From contig CAVZLN010000008.1 of NCBI GenBank assembly GCA_963776245.1, forward strand, positions 320,001 to 384,000: a stretch of 64,000 bases of DNA, written 5' to 3'. Source of the stretch: Candidatus Eiseniibacteriota bacterium. GTDB lineage: Bacteria > Eisenbacteria > RBG-16-71-46. Below, piece after piece: positions 1 through 11,486 of this stretch. Numbering within the stretch: position 1 is the stretch's first letter; every line of letters begins with the position of its first letter. The notes below the pieces were generated by a model. That model was given only the letters and a program-made list of their open reading frames with translations, made no database searches and had not been told where the DNA came from. The position numbers and the translations under genes were made by a program.

Positions 1-472
1 TGGTGTGCCGCTTGTCGGCCGAGATGGCGCTGGCGTCGTCGAGCAGCCAGCGCCGGATGAAGCGGCGCGCGTCCTCGAAGCCCTGGTCCAGGTAGACGGC
101 GCAGATCACCGACTCGAACGCGTCGGCGAGGATGGACAGGCGTTGCCGCCCGCCCGATTCCGCCTCGGAGTGGCTCATGAGCACGTAGCGGCCGAGACCC
201 ATGTTGAGGGCGCGGCGCGAAAGGATGTTCTTCGAGACCAGCAGCGACTTGGTCTTCGTGAGCTCGCCCTCGTCCACGCTCGGATGCTCGCGGTAGAGGT
301 GTTCGCTGGTGACGAGCCCGAGCACGGAGTCGCCGAGGAACTCCATGCGCTCGTTGGACTCGTTGGGGCCCTGGCCGGTCACGCTCAGATACGACCGATG
401 CGTGAGCGCCAGCCGCAGCAGCCCGGGCTGGTGGAAGTGGATGCCGTAGTGCTTCTGGAAGTCCTCGAGCAC
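1..472 (-). CDS. rnc: Ribonuclease III (5' part; runs off the window start; start codon uncertain)
   Basis: Manual translation of the minus strand: ALTHRSY...NERMEFLGDSVLGL...EGELTK...LADAFESVIGAVYLDQG. Absent from the ORF track because it is truncated at the edge. The GTG at 472 is assumed; the frame is open further upstream. Confidence 0.93.
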   Translation of the reverse strand, partial: MLEDFQKHYGIHFHQPGLLRLALTHRSYLSVTGQGPNESNERMEFLGDSVLGLVTSEHLYREHPSVDEGELTKTKSLLVSKNILSRRALNMGLGRYVLMSHSEAESGGRQRLSILADAFESVICAVYLDQGFEDARRFIRRWLLDDASAISADKRHT

Positions 473-654
473 GCGGGCCTCCGACTCGCTGGTGCCCGAT
501 TCGGGCGCGGCGGTCGCCGGACGCTCCTGCCGCCGCGGGCCCGCGAACAGCGAGCTCAGCCAGCGCCAGAGCGAGAATCCCTGTGCGGCCGGAGGGACGT
601 TCCGCCCTCCGCGCCCGCCGCGGCGTCGTCCGCCGCGGCGACGGGAGCGGCCGC

Positions 655-1902
655 CTACTTCACGGCCTGCATCGCCAGAGTCACGTTGTGCCCCCCGAAC
701 CCGAAGGAGTTCGAGATCGCGGCGGTCACGCGGGCCGCGCGGGCCTGATGGGGTACGAAGTCGAGGTCGCATGCGGGGTCTACCTGATCCAGGTTGATCG
801 TGGGTGGGACGATCCCGCGCGCCAGCGTGAGCGCCGTGATCACCGCTTCGAGTCCACCGGCGGCACCCAGCAGGTGCCCGGTCATGGACTTGGTCGAGCT
901 CATCATCAGACGTCGCGCATGCGCTCCGAACACGTCCTTCACCGCGCGGACCTCGATCGGGTCGCCGGCGGGCGTGGCGGTGCCATGGGCGTTGACGTAC
1001 TGAACGGCATCGGCGGGCAGCCCGGCGTCCTCGAGCGCGCGCCGCATGGCGCGCGATGCGCCGCTACCGTCTTCCGCGGGCGACGTCATGTGATACGCGT
1101 CGCCCGAGGTGCCGTAGCCGATGAGCTCACAGAGAAGCGGTGCGCCACGGCGCCGAGCATGCTCTTCCGTCTCGAGGATGAGGATGCCCGCGCCTTCGCC
1201 GATGACGAAGCCGTCCCGGTCCTTGTCGAAGGGACGGCTGGCGCGTGTCGGGTCGTCGTTGCGGGTGGAGAGTGCGCGTGCATTGCCGAAGCCGGCCAGG
1301 GCCATGGGGCTGATCGTCGCCTCGGTCCCCCCCGTCACCATCAGGTCCGCATCGCCTGCGCGCAGCAGGCGCAGCGACTCGCCGATGGCGTTCGCCCCGG
1401 AGGCGCACGCGGAGGTGGTCGAGAAGTTCGGGCCCCGGAGGCCGAACTGGATGGACACCTGCCCTGGAGCCATGTCCAGGATCATCATCGGGATGAAGAA
1501 CGGGCTCACACGTCCCGGTCCCTTCTCGACCAGCTGCGAATGCTGAGTCTCGAAGGTCTCCATGCCCCCGATGCCCGAGCCGAGCACCACGCCGATGCGG
1601 TCGCGATCCTCCCGTTCGAGGTCGAGCCCCGACGAGCGGAGCGCCTCGTGGGCGGCGACCACCGCGTACTGGACGAAGCGATCCATCCGCTTGGCGTCCT
1701 TGCGGTCGATGACACCTTCGAACGAGAAGTCCTTCACCTCGCACGCGAAGTGCGTGGTGTAGGCCGTGGTGTCGAAGCGCGTGATGGGCCCGGCGCCCGA
1801 GCGCCCGGCGATGAGGTTGTCCCAACAAGTGCCGGTGTCGTTCCCGAGGGGCGAGACCACACCCGTCCCGGTCACGAACACCCGGCGGCCGTTCATCGGC
1901 AT
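655..1902 (-). CDS. fabF: 3-oxoacyl-ACP synthase II
   Basis: VFVTGTGVVSPLG, TSACASG, DAYHMTSP, NAHGTAT, TGHLLGAAG, SNSFGFGGHN; lies in the fab cluster. Confidence 0.97.
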   Translation of the reverse strand: MPMNGRRVFVTGTGVVSPLGNDTGTCWDNLIAGRSGAGPITRFDTTAYTTHFACEVKDFSFEGVIDRKDAKRMDRFVQYAVVAAHEALRSSGLDLEREDRDRIGVVLGSGIGGMETFETQHSQLVEKGPGRVSPFFIPMMILDMAPGQVSIQFGLRGPNFSTTSACASGANAIGESLRLLRAGDADLMVTGGTEATISPMALAGFGNARALSTRNDDPTRASRPFDKDRDGFVIGEGAGILILETEEHARRRGAPLLCELIGYGTSGDAYHMTSPAEDGSGASRAMRRALEDAGLPADAVQYVNAHGTATPAGDPIEVRAVKDVFGAHARRLMMSSTKSMTGHLLGAAGGLEAVITALTLARGIVPPTINLDQVDPACDLDFVPHQARAARVTAAISNSFGFGGHNVTLAMQAVK

Positions 1903-2005
1903 GACGCTTCCGTCTCCGTGGGAACCGGGCCCTTCGCTTCCGCGTGCATCCGCCACGCCGCGCGGGCGGGGCGATGCGAGCGCGGGGAGCCGGCCCGGAG
2001 CAGGT

Positions 2006-2251
2006 TCACTGCGCGGTCGCGTGAGACTTCAGGTAGTTCATCGCGTCGCCGACGGTCTTGAGCTTGTCCGCGTCCTCGTCGGGGATGTCGAGGCCGAACT
2101 CCTCCTCCAGCGCCATCACCAGTTCGACGATGTCGAGCGAATCCGCGCCCAGGTCCTCGATGAACTTGGCCTCGGGGCTGAGCTGCTTGACGTCGACCTC
2201 GAGCTCCTTCGCGATGATCTCCTTGACGCGGTCCTCGTTGAATGCCGCCAC
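2006..2251 (-). CDS. acpP: Acyl carrier protein
   Basis: [26 protein letters not shown] Shine-Dalgarno before the GTG at 2251. Confidence 0.97.
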   Translation of the reverse strand: MAAFNEDRVKEIIAKELEVDVKQLSPEAKFIEDLGADSLDIVELVMALEEEFGLDIPDEDADKLKTVGDAMNYLKSHATAQ

Positions 2252-2299
2252 TTCAGTCACCTCCTGTGGGGGGTGGGGTTTCCGTCCGTACCCGGACGG

Positions 2300-3073
2300 C
2301 TACATGACCATGCCGCCGTCCACCGTCCAGACCTGGCCGGTGACGTAGGCGGCGCGGGGAGAAACCAGGAATGCGATGATCTCGGCGACCTCGTCCGGGC
2401 GGCCCAGACGCCCGAGCGGGATGCGCGCCAGCAGCTCGGCGCGTGCCGCCTCCGGCAGCGCCGCCGTCATGTCGGTCTCGATGAAGCCCGGGCACACCGC
2501 GTTGACCGTGACCGAGCGCGCCGCCAGCTCGCGGGCGAGCGACTTGGTGAGCCCGAGCAGCCCCGCCTTCGAGGCCGCGTAGTTCACCTGCCCGGCGTTG
2601 CCCATCAACCCGACCACCGACGACACGTTCACGATGCGCCCATAGCGCGCCTTCATCATCGTGCGCGCCACCGCGCGGCAGCCGTGGAAGGCGCCCTTCA
2701 GATTGGTGTCGAGCACCTCGTCCCAGTGCGCGTCGCTCATGCGCACGAACAGCGCGTCCCGCGTGACCCCGGCGTTGTTGACCAGGATGTCCACGCGCCC
2801 GAACGCCTCGAGCGCGGCGCCGAACGCCTGGTCGGACGAGGCTTCGTCGGCCACGTCGGCCGCGAACGCGCGGGCGCGGCCGTCCACGCCCAGCCCGGCC
2901 GCGGCCGCTTCGGCGCGCTCCCGGTTGCGGGCGAAGATCGCCACGCGCGCGCCGCGCGCCGCCAGCGCGCGCGTGACCGCGAGCCCGATGCCGGTGGCGC
3001 CACCGGTGACGAACGCCACCTGCTCCGCCAGCTCCCGGCCCGGATCCGTCGCCGCCGTCGTGTCCGTGTCCAT
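2300..3073 (-). CDS. fabG: 3-oxoacyl-ACP reductase
   Basis: [36 protein letters not shown]. Confidence 0.96.
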   Translation of the reverse strand: MDTDTTAATDPGRELAEQVAFVTGGATGIGLAVTRALAARGARVAIFARNRERAEAAAAGLGVDGRARAFAADVADEASSDQAFGAALEAFGRVDILVNNAGVTRDALFVRMSDAHWDEVLDTNLKGAFHGCRAVARTMMKARYGRIVNVSSVVGLMGNAGQVNYAASKAGLLGLTKSLARELAARSVTVNAVCPGFIETDMTAALPEAARAELLARIPLGRLGRPDEVAEIIAFLVSPRAAYVTGQVWTVDGGMVM

Positions 3074-4028
3074 CACGGCCTCCCCGCCGGATGCGCGGCG
3101 CCGAGCGCCGCGAGCGTGGCCGCCAGGCTCTCGGGGTCCTCGGCGTTCCACGACGGCGAGTCCTTGTCGATGGTGCGCAGCAGGCCGCGCAGCACCTTGC
3201 CGCTGCCGAGCTCGACGAATCCCTGCGCGCCCTGCGCGAGCATCAGCCGCATCGACTCCTCCCAGCGCACCGCGCCGAGCAACTGCGCCTGCAGCGCCTC
3301 GCGGATCGCCCCCGCCTCGACCACCGGCCGGGCGGCGACGTTGGTCACCACCGGGCAGCGCGCTTCGCGGATCGTCACCGCGTCGAGCGCGGCGGCCAGT
3401 CCGGCGGCCGCCGAGCGCCATCAGCGGCGAGTGGAACGCGCCGCTCACCTCGAGCCGGATGGCGCGCCGGGCGCCTCTCGCCTTGGCGAGGTCGCAGGCC
3501 CGCTCGACCGCCGCGCACCTCGCCCGAGATCACCACCTGCCCCGGCGCGTTGAGGTTCGCGGCACGCACCACGCCGGCGACCGCGGCCTCCGCGCACACC
3601 GCCTCGACGTCCGCGGCGCGAGAGCCCGAGGATGGCCGCCATGGTGCCGGGTGGTCGAGCCCGGCCTGGTACATGAGCGCGCCGCGCCGGTGCACGAGCC
3701 GCACCGCGTCCTCGAAGTCGAGCGCACCCGCCGCCACGCACGCCGAGTACTCGCCCAGGCTGTGCCCCGCGACCCATTCCGGCTTCAGGCCCGCGGCGTC
3801 GGCCAGCCGCCACGCGGCGACGCTGTGCGTGAGCAGCGCGGGCTGGGCGTGGACGGTCTTGCGCAGCTCGTCCTCGGGCCCCTCCCAGCACACGCGGGAG
3901 AGCGCGAAGCCGAGCGCCCGGTCGGCGGCCTCGAAGGTCTCGCGCGCGGGCGCGAACGCCGCGGCGAGCGCGCGGCCCATGCCCACGTGCTGGGCACCCT
4001 GGCCCGGGAACAGGAAGGCGAGCCTCAC
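3073..4028 (-). CDS. fabD: Malonyl-CoA:ACP transacylase (several apparent frameshifts at ~3410-3650)
   Basis: [41 protein letters not shown] and VRWEESM are spread across three frames. Confidence 0.92.
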
Positions 4029-5092
4029 GACGCCATCTCGCGCGCGGCCACCGCGGGTCGGCCGGCCGCGATCCCCGCCGGCACCGGCGCCGTCCACTTC
4101 ATCACGCTGCCGCCCCAGGTGGCCCCGCCGCCGAACGCGGCCATGCCGACGTGGTCGCCGGGCTTCACCCGTCCCGCCCGCACCAGCTCGTCGAGCGCGA
4201 TCGGGATCGAGGCCGACGAGGTGTTCCCGTAGCGCTCGATGTTCACGTACACCCGGTCCGCGGCGAGGCCGAGGCGCTCGCGCATCGCGTCGATGATGCG
4301 CAGGTTGGCCTGGTGCGGGATCACGATCTCGAGGTCGCCGGGTCCGAGTCCGGAGGCGTCCATGCACTTGCGCAGGCTGTCCTCCATGGATCGCACGGCG
4401 AACGGGAACAGCTTCTTGCCCTGCATCTGGATGAAGTGCTGCCCGCCGCGCACGGTCTCCTCGGAGGCCGGGTTCCGCGAGATCCCGGCGGGCACCTCGA
4501 GCACCTCGCCGAGATCGCCGTCGCTGTGCATGTCGACCGCCAGGATGCCCTCGCCGGGCGCGCACCCCTGCACCACCGCGGCGCCCGCGCCGTCGCCGAA
4601 CAGCACGCAGGTGTTGCGGTCGGTGTAGTCCACGATGCGCGACAGCGTCTCGACCCCCACCACCAGCACGGTCTCCGCCATGCGCGAACCCACCAGCGCG
4701 CGCGCCACCCCGAGGCCGAACACGAACCCGGTGCACGCCGCGAACAGGTCGTAGGCCGCCGCGTTGGTGGCCCCCAGCTTGCGCTGGAGGGTGCAGGAGC
4801 AGGACGGCAGGATGCGGTCGGGGGTGGTGGTGGCGAGGACGATCTGGTCCACCTCGCCGGGGGCGACCTTCGCCATGGCGAGCGCGCGCTGACACGCGAT
4901 CAGCGCGAGGTCGGAGGAGGCCTGTTCCGCGGCGGCGATGCGGCGCTCCCGGATGCCGGTGCGCTCGAGGATCCACTGGTCCGTGGTGTCGACCAGGGTC
5001 TCGAGCTCGGCGTTCGAGAGGATGCGATCCGGCACGTACATGCCGGTCCCGGTGATGGTGGCGCCCCGGAGCGCGTCAGGCCGCGGTGACAT
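4025..5092 (-). CDS. fabH: 3-oxoacyl-ACP synthase III
   Basis: ERTGIRERR, AACTGF, PHQANLRII, YGNTSSASIP. Confidence 0.97.
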   Translation of the reverse strand: MSPRPDALRGATITGTGMYVPDRILSNAELETLVDTTDQWILERTGIRERRIAAAEQASSDLALIACQRALAMAKVAPGEVDQIVLATTTPDRILPSCSCTLQRKLGATNAAAYDLFAACTGFVFGLGVARALVGSRMAETVLVVGVETLSRIVDYTDRNTCVLFGDGAGAAVVQGCAPGEGILAVDMHSDGDLGEVLEVPAGISRNPASEETVRGGQHFIQMQGKKLFPFAVRSMEDSLRKCMDASGLGPGDLEIVIPHQANLRIIDAMRERLGLAADRVYVNIERYGNTSSASIPIALDELVRAGRVKPGDHVGMAAFGGGATWGGSVMKWTAPVPAGIAAGRPAVAAREMAS

Positions 5093-6101
5093 GGTCCGCC
5101 TGGATCTCCTCGCGGATGTGCGCGTTCACCCGCTCCTCCATGAACCGGAGCTGGGTGCGGATCGCGCTGCAGAACGCCTTCGGCCCGCTGCTTCCATGGC
5201 CGATGAAGCACACCCCGTCGACGCCCAGCAGCGGCGCCGCGCCGTGCTCTTCCCAGTCGATGCGGCGTTTCATGCGCTTGAGCGCCGGGTACATGAGCCC
5301 CGACCCGACCCGGGCGAGCAGATCGTGTTCGAGCTCGTCGCGGATGAACCGGGTGAAGAGGCTGACCACGCCCTCGGCGGTCTTGAGCACCACGTTGCCG
5401 GTGAAGCCGTCGGTCACGATGACGTCGCAGGTGCCCTTGAAGATGTCGCGCCCTTCGACGTTGCCGACGAAGTGGAGATGCCGGGCCTGGCGCAACAGCG
5501 GCAGCGTCTCGAGCACCAGGCCGTTGCCCTTGGTGTCCTCCTCGCCGATCGAGAGCAGCCCGACCGTGGGATTCTGCCGCCCCAGCAGGTAGCGCGCGTA
5601 CACCGCGCCCATGTGCGCGAACTGCACGAGGTAGCCCGGCTTGCACTCGGCGTTGGCGCCGAGATCGAGCACGATCGTGCCCCCGGACACGCTCGGCATC
5701 ACCGCGGCGAGCGCGGGGCGCGACACCGACTCGAGGCGGCCCAGCCCGAGCAGCGCCGAGGCCACCACCGCGCCGGTGTTCCCGGCGCTGAACATGGCGT
5801 CCACCTTGCCGTCCTTGTGGAGCTGGGTCAGCACCGCGAGCGAGGACTGGCTCTTCTTGCGCACCGCCGACGCGGCCTTGTCGGCCATGTCGATGCGCTC
5901 GGCCGCGTGCACCACCGTGACCGGAAGGTCCCGGCCGTGCGCGTGCTGCAGCGCCGCGCGCAGTTCGGATTCGTCGCCGACCAGGGTGATCTCGAAGCGC
6001 CCCGGCATCTCGCGGTGGGCGAGCGTGACCCCCTCGACGACGGCGGAGAGGCCGAGATCCCCCCCCATCGCGTCAATCCCGATGCGCGGGATCGAGGACA
6101 T
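5076..6101 (-). CDS. plsX: Phosphate acyltransferase
   Basis: IGIDAMGGD, SAGNTGA, LDLGANAE, GNVEGRDI, DGFTGNV. Confidence 0.97.
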   Translation of the reverse strand: MSSIPRIGIDAMGGDLGLSAVVEGVTLAHREMPGRFEITLVGDESELRAALQHAHGRDLPVTVVHAAERIDMADKAASAVRKKSQSSLAVLTQLHKDGKVDAMFSAGNTGAVVASALLGLGRLESVSRPALAAVMPSVSGGTIVLDLGANAECKPGYLVQFAHMGAVYARYLLGRQNPTVGLLSIGEEDTKGNGLVLETLPLLRQARHLHFVGNVEGRDIFKGTCDVIVTDGFTGNVVLKTAEGVVSLFTRFIRDELEHDLLARVGSGLMYPALKRMKRRIDWEEHGAAPLLGVDGVCFIGHGSSGPKAFCSAIRTQLRFMEERVNAHIREEIQADHVTAA

Positions 6102-6122
6102 GTCGGTCAGTCCTGGTCCGAA

Positions 6123-6305
6123 CTACTCTTCACGCGGGGCGACGATCTCTTCACCGTCGTAGTAGCCGCAGGTGGGGCACACGCGGTGCGGCTGCTTGGG
6201 ACTGCTGCAGTGGCTGCAGTTCTGGGTGCCGGGTTGCTTGAGCTTCCAGTGCGTGCGGCGCTTCTTGCCGCGCGTGCTGGAGTGCCGTCGCTTGGGGACC
6301 GCCAT
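6123..6305 (-). CDS. rpmF: 50S ribosomal protein L32 (zinc-ribbon type)
   Basis: MAVPKRRHS...CSHC...HRVCPTCGYY. Confidence 0.97.
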   Translation of the reverse strand: MAVPKRRHSSTRGKKRRTHWKLKQPGTQNCSHCSSPKQPHRVCPTCGYYDGEEIVAPREE

Positions 6306-6353
6306 CGATGCTCTCCTTCTCCTTCGGACCGGCGGGGCGCCGTGGGTCCGGGA

Positions 6354-6824
6354 CTATGCACCGCATCCGCATGGCCCGGCGTTGAGGTCGGCGCCGCAGC
6401 GCGGGCAGAGCCCGCGGCAGTCCTCCCGACAACGGGGGGTCATAGGGACCTCGAGCAGCAGCGCCTCGCGAGCCTCCTCGCCGAGGTCGAGCCGCCGCCC
6501 GTCATGGAACCTCATGTAGTGATCGCGCTCGAGATCCCGCTCTTCCGCCCTCGAGCCCGACTTCGACCGCTCGGCGTACACCTCGAGCGGCACGCGGATC
6601 GGAAGGTCGAACACCACGAGACAGGCCACGCACTCCAGGTGCGCCGCCGCCTCGAGCTGGCCCTTCACGGAGACCCGCTCACCGTTCTTGTCGACGTCGA
6701 ACTGGCCCCGGATCGGGCCGGTCCACTCCGACGCTTCGAGCCCCAGGCCGGTCGCTTCGGCCTCCGCCACCACCCGGCTCATGCCCGGCCGGAGAGTGGC
6801 TAGATCGATGATAAAAGAGGACAT
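6354..6824 (-). CDS. yceD: YceD/DUF177 family protein
   Basis: ECVACL and CREDCRGLCPRCGADLN motifs; canonical position upstream of rpmF. Confidence 0.9.
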   Translation of the reverse strand: MSSFIIDLATLRPGMSRVVAEAEATGLGLEASEWTGPIRGQFDVDKNGERVSVKGQLEAAAHLECVACLVVFDLPIRVPLEVYAERSKSGSRAEERDLERDHYMRFHDGRRLDLGEEAREALLLEVPMTPRCREDCRGLCPRCGADLNAGPCGCGA

Positions 6825-6864
6825 ACAAATAAGCCCGCCGCAGCGGGACCCGGGACGGCCCGGG

Positions 6865-6893
6865 ACGTTAGCATACGAGCCACGCCCCGTCCA
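6865..6893 (-). promoter_or_regulatory. Putative sigma70-type promoter of the yceD-rpmF-fab operon
   Basis: TGGACG-N17-TAACGT with an extended -10 TG. Confidence 0.5.
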
Positions 6894-6963
6894 CCCGTGA
6901 GAACGGCCCCGGAAGTGGGGGAACCGGACCGGGCGCGCCCCGGTCCCGGCACCACCGAATGGG

Positions 6964-7386
6964 TCAACGGGCCAGCGCCGCGACCCCGAAGAACAGCTTC
7001 ACCTCGCGCTCGGCGCTCGCCGGGCTGTCCGAGGCATGGACCGAGTTGGCCTGCTTACTCTGGGCGTAGAGGCGCCGGATGGTGCCCTCGGCCGCGCCGG
7101 CCGGGTCGGTCGCCCCCACCACCTCGCGCAGGAAGGCCGTGCCGCCCTCGCGCTCCAGACAGGTCAGCATCACCGGCCCCGAGGTCATGTAGTCCACCAG
7201 GTCGTTGAAGAACGGCTTGCCGTTGTGCTCGGCGTAGAACGTCTGGCACTCCTCGCGGGTCAGCCGGGCGAGCCGCGCCTCGGTGATGCGGAACCCCTGC
7301 CCCTCGACGTGCGCGAGGATCCGGCCGACCAGGTTGCGTTGCACCGCATCGGGCTTGACGATGAACAGGGAGCGTTCCAGGGCCAT
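6964..7386 (-). CDS. ndk: Nucleoside diphosphate kinase
   Basis: IVKPDAVQR, MTSGP, GATDP...GTIR, NSVHASDS. Confidence 0.97.
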   Translation of the reverse strand: MALERSLFIVKPDAVQRNLVGRILAHVEGQGFRITEARLARLTREECQTFYAEHNGKPFFNDLVDYMTSGPVMLTCLEREGGTAFLREVVGATDPAGAAEGTIRRLYAQSKQANSVHASDSPASAEREVKLFFGVAALAR

Positions 7387-7448
7387 GTCTCTCCTTCATA
7401 CCAGGGGCGGGGAGGCCCCGCGAGGTGTCGTGATCGTGGCCGGTAGGG

Positions 7449-8534
7449 CTAGCGCCGCCCGGTCCGTTTCGGAGTCGCCCTCCGGGAGGGCTTCGGCTGC
7501 GGCGCCGGCTTGCGGACGGAGCGTTTCGCGGCCTTCCGGGGAGCCGGGTTCGCGGCCTTGCGCGCGGGCTTCGCCGGCGGCTTGCGCGACGCCGCCCGAC
7601 GCGCGGTCGCCGGCTTCCCGGCCCCCCTGGGGCGCGGGCGCCGGCGCTCGAGCGCGGCCTTGATGAGCGACGGGATCTCGGACGGGATGCGCGCCACCGG
7701 CACGCCCGCCGCCTCGAACGCGGCCATCTTCTCGGCGGCGGTGCCGGTGCCCCCCGAGATGATGGCGCCCGCGTGCCCCATGCGCTTGCCGGGAGGCGCG
7801 GTCTGGCCGGCGATGAACGCCACCACCGGCTTGGAGACGTGGCGCTTGATGAACAGCGCGGCCTCCTCCTCGTCGGTGCCGCCGATCTCCCCCATCAGGC
7901 AGATGGCCGTGGTCTTCGGATCGGCCTCGAACGCGGTGAGCGCGTCGATGAAGTTGGTGCCGATGACGGGGTCGCCGCCGATCCCGAGGCAGGTGGACTG
8001 GCCGAGCCCGGCGCACGTGAGCTGGTGCACCACCTCGTACGTGAGCGTCCCGCTGCGCGAGACCACGCCGATCGGGCCGGGCCGCGCGATGTGCCCCGGC
8101 ATGATGCCGACCCGCGCGATCCCCGGCGCCAGCAGTCCCGGGCAGTTGGGCCCGACCAGCCGCGGCCGGCCGTTGCCGTTCTTCAGCCGCAGGTTCGCCA
8201 CGTGATGGAAGGCCGCCAGCGTGTCGCGCACCGGCACCCCCTCGGTGATGCACACGATCGTGCCGATGCCGGCATCGGCCGCCTCCATGATGGCGTCGGC
8301 CGCGAACGGGGCGGGCACGTAGATCACGGAGGTGTTCGCCCGGGTGGCCGCGACCGCCTCGGCCACGCTGTCGAACACCGGCACGCCGTGCACCTCGGTG
8401 CCGCCCTTGCCGGGAGTCACGCCCGCGACCACCCGGGTGCCGTAGTCGATCATCTGACGGGTGTGGAACGCGCCGTCGCGGCCGGTGATGCCCTGCACCA
8501 CCAGGCGAGTGCTCTTGTCGATCAGGATGCTCAC
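7449..8534 (-). CDS. sucD: Succinyl-CoA synthetase alpha subunit with a long basic C-terminal tail
   Basis: [43 protein letters not shown]; its GTG start overlaps the sucC stop (GTGA). Confidence 0.96.
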   Translation of the reverse strand: MSILIDKSTRLVVQGITGRDGAFHTRQMIDYGTRVVAGVTPGKGGTEVHGVPVFDSVAEAVAATRANTSVIYVPAPFAADAIMEAADAGIGTIVCITEGVPVRDTLAAFHHVANLRLKNGNGRPRLVGPNCPGLLAPGIARVGIMPGHIARPGPIGVVSRSGTLTYEVVHQLTCAGLGQSTCLGIGGDPVIGTNFIDALTAFEADPKTTAICLMGEIGGTDEEEAALFIKRHVSKPVVAFIAGQTAPPGKRMGHAGAIISGGTGTAAEKMAAFEAAGVPVARIPSEIPSLIKAALERRRPRPRGAGKPATARRAASRKPPAKPARKAANPAPRKAAKRSVRKPAPQPKPSRRATPKRTGRR

Positions 8535-9670
8535 GCCGTCACCTCCTGCGACTTCTGGATCACCATGCGCACCGCGTCGTCCATGCTGGTGGTGGCGCCG
8601 AGGCCGTTCTCCGACAGGATCTGGCGCGCGAGGTCCTCGTTGGTGCCGGTGAGCCGGATCACCAGCGGCATCGGCAGCGGCGACGCCTTCAGCGACGCCA
8701 CGATGCCGTTCGCCACGTCGTCGCAGCGGGTGATGCCGCCGAAGATGTTGAACAGGATGGCGCGCACGTGGGAGTCGCCGGTGATGATCCGGAGCGCCGC
8801 GGTCACCTTCTCCGGATTCGACGAGCCGCCGATGTCGAGGAAGTTCGCGGGCTCGCCGCCGTAGTGCTTCACCAGGTCCATGGTCGCCATCGCCAGGCCG
8901 GCGCCGTTCACGATGCAGCCGATGTCGCCGTCGAGCTTGACGTAGGACAGCCCCTTCTCGCGCGCCAGCCGCGCGCCGGCGGTCTCGTCGCCCGCGTCGC
9001 GCCAGCTCTCCCAGTCGCGATGCCGGAAGTCGGCGTTGTCGTCGAGGATGACCTTGGCATCGAGGGCCATCACCCGCCCCTCGGTCGTGATGGCGAGCGG
9101 GTTGATCTCGGCCAGCGAGCAGTCGCCCTCGGTGTACACGCGGTAGAGCTTCAGCAGGATGTCCGCCGCCTGCGCGACCAGCGAGCCGTCCCGGAGCAGC
9201 GGCTGGAACAGCGCGCGCGCCTCGTACGAGCGCAGGCCGGAGAGCGGGATGTGCCGCTTCACGATCTTCTCCGGCGCGGTGCGCGCCACCTCCTCGATGT
9301 CCACGCCGCCCTCGGCGGAGAGCATGATGAGCGGCAGCTTCCGTGCGCGGTCCAGCACGATCGACAGGTACAGCTCGCGCGCGATGTCGGCCGCCTGAGC
9401 GACCAGCACCCGGCGCACCGGGAGGCCCTTGATGGTGAGCGCGAGGATGTCGCGCGCCCGGTCGTACGCCTCGTCCGGCGAGTGCGCGAGCTTCACGCCG
9501 CCGGCCTTGCCGCGCCCGCCCACCAGCACCTGCGCCTTGATCACGACCGTGCCGCCGAGCGAGGCGGCGATGTCGCGCGCCTCCTCCGGGGTGGTCGCGA
9601 CCTGCCCCGGCAGCACCGGCAGCCCGAAGCGCGCGAAGAGTTCCTTGCCCTGGTATTCGTGCAGATTCAT
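8531..9670 (-). CDS. sucC: Succinyl-CoA synthetase beta subunit
   Basis: [48 protein letters not shown]. Confidence 0.97.
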   Translation of the reverse strand: MNLHEYQGKELFARFGLPVLPGQVATTPEEARDIAASLGGTVVIKAQVLVGGRGKAGGVKLAHSPDEAYDRARDILALTIKGLPVRRVLVAQAADIARELYLSIVLDRARKLPLIMLSAEGGVDIEEVARTAPEKIVKRHIPLSGLRSYEARALFQPLLRDGSLVAQAADILLKLYRVYTEGDCSLAEINPLAITTEGRVMALDAKVILDDNADFRHRDWESWRDAGDETAGARLAREKGLSYVKLDGDIGCIVNGAGLAMATMDLVKHYGGEPANFLDIGGSSNPEKVTAALRIITGDSHVRAILFNIFGGITRCDDVANGIVASLKASPLPMPLVIRLTGTNEDLARQILSENGLGATTSMDDAVRMVIQKSQEVTA

Positions 9671-9814
9671 GGCTCTCCCATCCGCGAGCGGTGAACGGGC
9701 GCCTGTCGCGCCGGCGCCCCTGCCGCTCGCCCCGAAGTCCCTTCCGATGCGTCCCGCTCGTCCCCGCCGGGCGGGCGGGCCGGCGTCGGCTCGCCCGGCA
9801 CCGCGCCGGGGATC

Positions 9815-11293
9815 TCAGTTGTTGTCGATCTGCGCCCGCTGCAGCTTGCCGCTGAAGTCCACGTACACGCTCTTCCACTCGGTGAACGGGTCGAGCATGG
9901 TGTGCCCGGCCTCGCGGTGACCATTGCCGGTGCCCCGATTGCCGCCGAACGGCAGATGGGTCTCCGCGCCGGTGGTGCCGTGGTTCACGTACACGATGCC
10001 GGTGTCGAGGTCGCGCATCGCCGCGAACGCGCGGTTGACGTCGCGCGTGAAGATCGAGGACGAGAGCCCGAACGCCGAGTCGTTGTTCACCTCGACCGCG
10101 TCCTCGAGGCTCTTCACCTTCACCACGGACAGCACCGGGCCGAAGATCTCCTCGACCGCGATCCGCGCGGTGCGCTTCACGTCGGCGAACACCGTCGGCG
10201 AGTAGAAGCTGCCCTTGGCGAGCGCGCCCTCGGCGGCCGGGGCGCCGCCCGCGACCAGCTGGCCCTCGCCCCGGCCGACCTTCACGTACCCGTCCACGGT
10301 CGCCACCTGGGCGCGGTTGATGAGCGGGCCCACGTCAGTCTTCGGGTCGAGCCCGTCCCCCAGGCGCAGCTTCTTCGCGCCCTCGGCCACGCGCTTCACC
10401 AGCTCGTCGTGCACGCTCTCGTGCGCCAGCACGCGGCTACACGCGGTGCAGCGCTGGCCGGTGGTGCCGAACGCGCTCCACAGGATCGCCTCGGTGGCGA
10501 GCGCCAGGTCGGCGTCGTCCATCACGATGATGGCGTTCTTGCCGCCCATCTCGAGCGAGACGCGCTTGCCGATCGCGCCCCCCTTGCCGCCGATCCCCAG
10601 CCCCACCTCGGTCGAGCCGGTGAACGAGATCACGCTGATGCCCCGGTGCGCGACCATCGGGTCGCCCACGTTGCGGCCCGACCCGAACACGATGTTGAGC
10701 ACGCCCCCGGGCAGCCCGGCTTCCTCGAAGATGCGCACGAAGTTCCACGCCAGCTCGGGGGTGTCGCACGCGGGCTTGAACACGCAGGTGTTCCCGGCGA
10801 CCAGCGCCGGCATCATCTTCCAGGCCGGGATCGCGAACGGGAAGTTCCACGGGGTGATGAACCCGCACACCCCGATCGGCGAGCGCACCGACATCGCCCA
10901 CTTGTTCGGCATCTCGCTCGGCGTGGTGACGCCGAACATGCGCCGGCCCTCGCCCGCGGCGAGGTAGGCCATATCGATGCCCTCCTGGACGTCGCCGCGC
11001 GTCTCGGCCAGCACCTTGCCCATCTCGCGCGTCATCGCCTGCGCGAGGTCCTCCTTGCGGCCGCGGATGATCTCGCCGGCCCGGTACACGATCTCGGCGC
11101 GCTTCGGCGCCGGCACCAGGCGCCAGGTCTTGTAGGCCCGGGCCGCCGCCGCCACCGCGTCGTCCACGTCCCCGGCGTCGGACGCCGGGAACTCGCCCAG
11201 TACGTCGCCGTTGGCCGGGTTGTGATCGAGGAACGTCTTGCCGTTGCGGGCCGGGACCCAGCGCCCGCCCACATAGTTCATGAACTTCTCCAT
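9815..11293 (-). CDS. Aldehyde dehydrogenase family protein
   Basis: [36 protein letters not shown]. Confidence 0.95.
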   Translation of the reverse strand: MEKFMNYVGGRWVPARNGKTFLDHNPANGDVLGEFPASDAGDVDDAVAAAARAYKTWRLVPAPKRAEIVYRAGEIIRGRKEDLAQAMTREMGKVLAETRGDVQEGIDMAYLAAGEGRRMFGVTTPSEMPNKWAMSVRSPIGVCGFITPWNFPFAIPAWKMMPALVAGNTCVFKPACDTPELAWNFVRIFEEAGLPGGVLNIVFGSGRNVGDPMVAHRGISVISFTGSTEVGLGIGGKGGAIGKRVSLEMGGKNAIIVMDDADLALATEAILWSAFGTTGQRCTACSRVLAHESVHDELVKRVAEGAKKLRLGDGLDPKTDVGPLINRAQVATVDGYVKVGRGEGQLVAGGAPAAEGALAKGSFYSPTVFADVKRTARIAVEEIFGPVLSVVKVKSLEDAVEVNNDSAFGLSSSIFTRDVNRAFAAMRDLDTGIVYVNHGTTGAETHLPFGGNRGTGNGHREAGHTMLDPFTEWKSVYVDFSGKLQRAQIDNN

Positions 11294-11486
11294 GATCCGT
11301 CTCCGTGCCGGGCACAGCTCGCTCCGCCGCGGCACCGAGTGGGGGGCGCGGGGGCGGAGCGTGATGGTACTGCCCGGTAAAATGGACGAGACAAGGTAAG
11401 GGTGTCGAAGGCGGAAGGCAAGCGAGTCCCGGGCGGCCGGTCCGACCCACGGACGGACCCGTCCCCGGCGCGCTGCCCCCCGCCCC

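Noticed and set aside
7449..9878. Long N-terminal extensions in ORF-track calls (sucD 809 aa; likewise 14207-19099, 45429-46496, 46136-47890, 53561-55624, 55509-58196)
   Set aside because: These are open off-frames overlapping real upstream genes in GC-rich DNA. Starts were reassigned from motifs and SD or overlap patterns.
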